Below the pieces are notes generated by a model. That model made no database searches and was not told the DNA's origin. It saw only the letters and a program-made list of their open reading frames with translations. Below are positions 62,043-64,000 of a DNA stretch of 64,000 bases, piece after piece; position 1 is the first letter of the stretch, and each line of letters starts with the position of its first letter. The position numbers and the translations under genes are program-made. The stretch spans positions 128,001-192,000 of the forward strand of contig CAWELD010000010.1 in the NCBI GenBank assembly GCA_963809895.1, in the 5' to 3' direction. The stretch is from an uncultured Gemmatimonadales bacterium. GTDB taxonomy: Bacteria > Gemmatimonadota > Gemmatimonadetes > Longimicrobiales > Gaopeijiaceae.

Positions 62043-63201
62043 GGGTGCGACGGCGTCATCCGGCACGGTGGCCGGCCGGGTGCGGCAGCGGGGCGGTGCG
62101 GCGCTGTCCGCCGTGCTGCCGGGAGCGCCGCAGCTCCTGGCCGGACGTTGGGGCGCGGGGCTGGGCACGCTGGGGCTGTGGGTGTCCCTCGCGGCGCTGC
62201 TGGTGCTGCGGCCCGGCCGGGTGCTCGGCGCCCTGGCAGGCGCCGCCGACGCGAAGGCGGCGGCGTTGGCCGTGCCTCTGGGACTGGTGGGGGCCTGGCT
62301 GTGGTCGTGGCGAGACGTGAAGCGCGCCGCGGGCGGCCCGCCGGAGAGTCGAAGCCAGTGGGATCTGGCGCGGCGGGCGTTCTCACGGAACCGGCTGGCC
62401 GTGGTGGGCCTGCTGGCCGTGGCCGCCTTCTACCTGGTGGCGTTGCTGGCCCCGCTGCTGGCGCCCTTCGACCCGGCGCGGCAGGGCCCCCTGCTGACGG
62501 AGCGGCTGGTGGGGCCGTCGGCGTCGCATCTGCTGGGCACGGACCAGTACGCCCGTGACGTGCTGAGCCGAGTGCTCTACGGCGCCCGCGTCTCGCTGAG
62601 CATCGGGCTCGTCGCCGTGGGCATCAGCGTCACGCTGGGCACCCTGCTGGGCGCTGTGGCAGGCTACCTCGGCGGCATGGCGGATACGGTTCTCATGCGC
62701 CTGGTGGACACGGTGATCGCGTTTCCGCGCCTGGTGTTGCTCATCGCCATCGTCGCGCTCTTCGATCCCTCGCTCTTCTTGATCATGGTGGTGCTGGGGC
62801 TGACCCAATGGCCAGGCACGGCGAGGCTGGTGCGTGGCGAGGTGCTGAGCCTGCGGGAGCGTGAGTTCGTCCTGGCAGCGCGGGCGCTGGGCTACTCCCG
62901 GCGCCGCATCATCCTGCGGCACGTCATCCCCAACGCCCTGGCTCCCGTGATCGTGGCCGCCACCCTGGGGCTCGGGAACGTCATCGTGCTCGAGGCGGGG
63001 CTCTCGTTCCTGGGACTCGGGCTGCGCCCGCCCACACCCACCTGGGGCAGCATGGTGAGCGACGGCCGCGGGCTCATCGAATCGGCGTGGTGGCTCTCCA
63101 CCTTTCCGGGGTTGGCCATCGTGATGGTGGTGCTGGCGTTCAACGTGGTGGGCGACGGTCTCCGGGACGCCCTGGATCCGCGCATGCGGGGGCGATCGTG
63201 A
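62035..63201 (+). CDS. Peptide ABC transporter permease (OppC/DppC-like) with N-terminal membrane extension
   Basis: [39 protein letters not shown]. Confidence 0.93.
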   Translation: MSEGATASSGTVAGRVRQRGGAALSAVLPGAPQLLAGRWGAGLGTLGLWVSLAALLVLRPGRVLGALAGAADAKAAALAVPLGLVGAWLWSWRDVKRAAGGPPESRSQWDLARRAFSRNRLAVVGLLAVAAFYLVALLAPLLAPFDPARQGPLLTERLVGPSASHLLGTDQYARDVLSRVLYGARVSLSIGLVAVGISVTLGTLLGAVAGYLGGMADTVLMRLVDTVIAFPRLVLLIAIVALFDPSLFLIMVVLGLTQWPGTARLVRGEVLSLREREFVLAARALGYSRRRIILRHVIPNALAPVIVAATLGLGNVIVLEAGLSFLGLGLRPPTPTWGSMVSDGRGLIESAWWLSTFPGLAIVMVVLAFNVVGDGLRDALDPRMRGRS

Positions 63202-64000
63202 GCGAGGCCCTTCTGCAACTCCGCGAGCTGCGCACCTGGTTCGAGACGGATCAGGGAGTGGCCCGGGCCGTGGACGGCGTCTCGCTGGACGTCCACGAAG
63301 GTGAGACCGTGGGACTGGTGGGCGAGTCGGGGTGCGGCAAGTCGGTGACGGCGTTGTCCGTCATGGGCCTGTTGCCTTCTCTGGTCCGGGATATCCGGCC
63401 GGGGAGCTCCATCCGCTTCCGGGGCGAAGAGCTGGTGGCCGCTCCCCGACGGCGCCTGCGTGAGCTGAGGGGCAACGAGATCTCCATGATCTTCCAGGAG
63501 CCCATGACCTCGCTGAACCCGGTCCAGAGGATCGGACGCCAGGTCGTGGAGCCGCTGCGGTGGCACCGCAAGGTAGGGCGAGCCGACGCGCGCGCCGCCG
63601 GTGTGACCCTGCTGAGGGAGGTGGGACTCGGTGATCCCGAGCGCGAGTTCGACGCCTACCCCCACGAACTGTCGGGAGGGATGCGCCAGCGTGCCATGAT
63701 CGCCATGGCGCTGGCCTGCGAGCCGGCGCTCCTCATCGCCGACGAGCCCACCACGGCGCTGGACGTGACCATCCAGGCCCAGATCCTCGAGCTGCTGGCC
63801 GGCCTGCGGAAGCGGCTGGGGATGTCCCTCCTCCTCATCACGCACGACCTGGGAGTGGTGGCCGAGGTGTGCGACCGCGTGGTGGTCATGTACGCGGGTC
63901 AGGTGGTCGAGCAGGGCACGGTCGAGGAGATCTTCCGACACCCCGTCCACCCCTACACCCGGGGCCTGCTGGATTCGCTTCCGCGGCTCACGGGGCCCCG
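63198..64000 (+). CDS. Peptide ABC transporter ATP-binding protein (OppD/DppD-like), runs off the window end
   Basis: [45 protein letters not shown]; absent from the ORF track because there is no stop in the window. Confidence 0.93.
   Translation, partial: MSEALLQLRELRTWFETDQGVARAVDGVSLDVHEGETVGLVGESGCGKSVTALSVMGLLPSLVRDIRPGSSIRFRGEELVAAPRRRLRELRGNEISMIFQEPMTSLNPVQRIGRQVVEPLRWHRKVGRADARAAGVTLLREVGLGDPEREFDAYPHELSGGMRQRAMIAMALACEPALLIADEPTTALDVTIQAQILELLAGLRKRLGMSLLLITHDLGVVAEVCDRVVVMYAGQVVEQGTVEEIFRHPVHPYTRGLLDSLPRLTGP

Overview
A very GC-rich, gene-dense bacterial chromosome segment with about 58 CDS. I found no rRNA, tRNA, CRISPR array or mobile element. Gene content suggests Gemmatimonadota (Longimicrobiales-like), by inference only: 6-bladed beta-propeller proteins, an ADOP permease with PadR, a plug-only TonB-type protein and a Tat-signal HisC-like enzyme. 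Core and metabolic genes include gcvH-gcvP with a lipoyl/octanoyl transferase, pfkA, a GyrA/ParC-family subunit, HisN, TrmJ, TatA, two acyl-CoA dehydrogenases, a nucleoside-type BMP ABC operon and a peptide ABC operon with tandem binding proteins. The best candidate for an undescribed system is at 32675-37171: a divergent, rearranged Paa-like diiron oxygenase cluster. It has a split PaaD, an extra DUF59 gene and a CxxC AhpD-like gene, lacks PaaE/K/G/Z in the window, and is preceded by a cNMP-binding PP2C-like protein that has lost its catalytic aspartates. Other points of note are a domain-swapped single-chain aconitase-family enzyme, two probable CTG starts overlapping upstream stops, leaderless promoters with a shared MarR operator, and a parS-like perfect palindrome. 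Several single-base frameshifts in otherwise intact genes are most likely long-read indel errors. All calls come from reading motifs by eye; no database searches were run.
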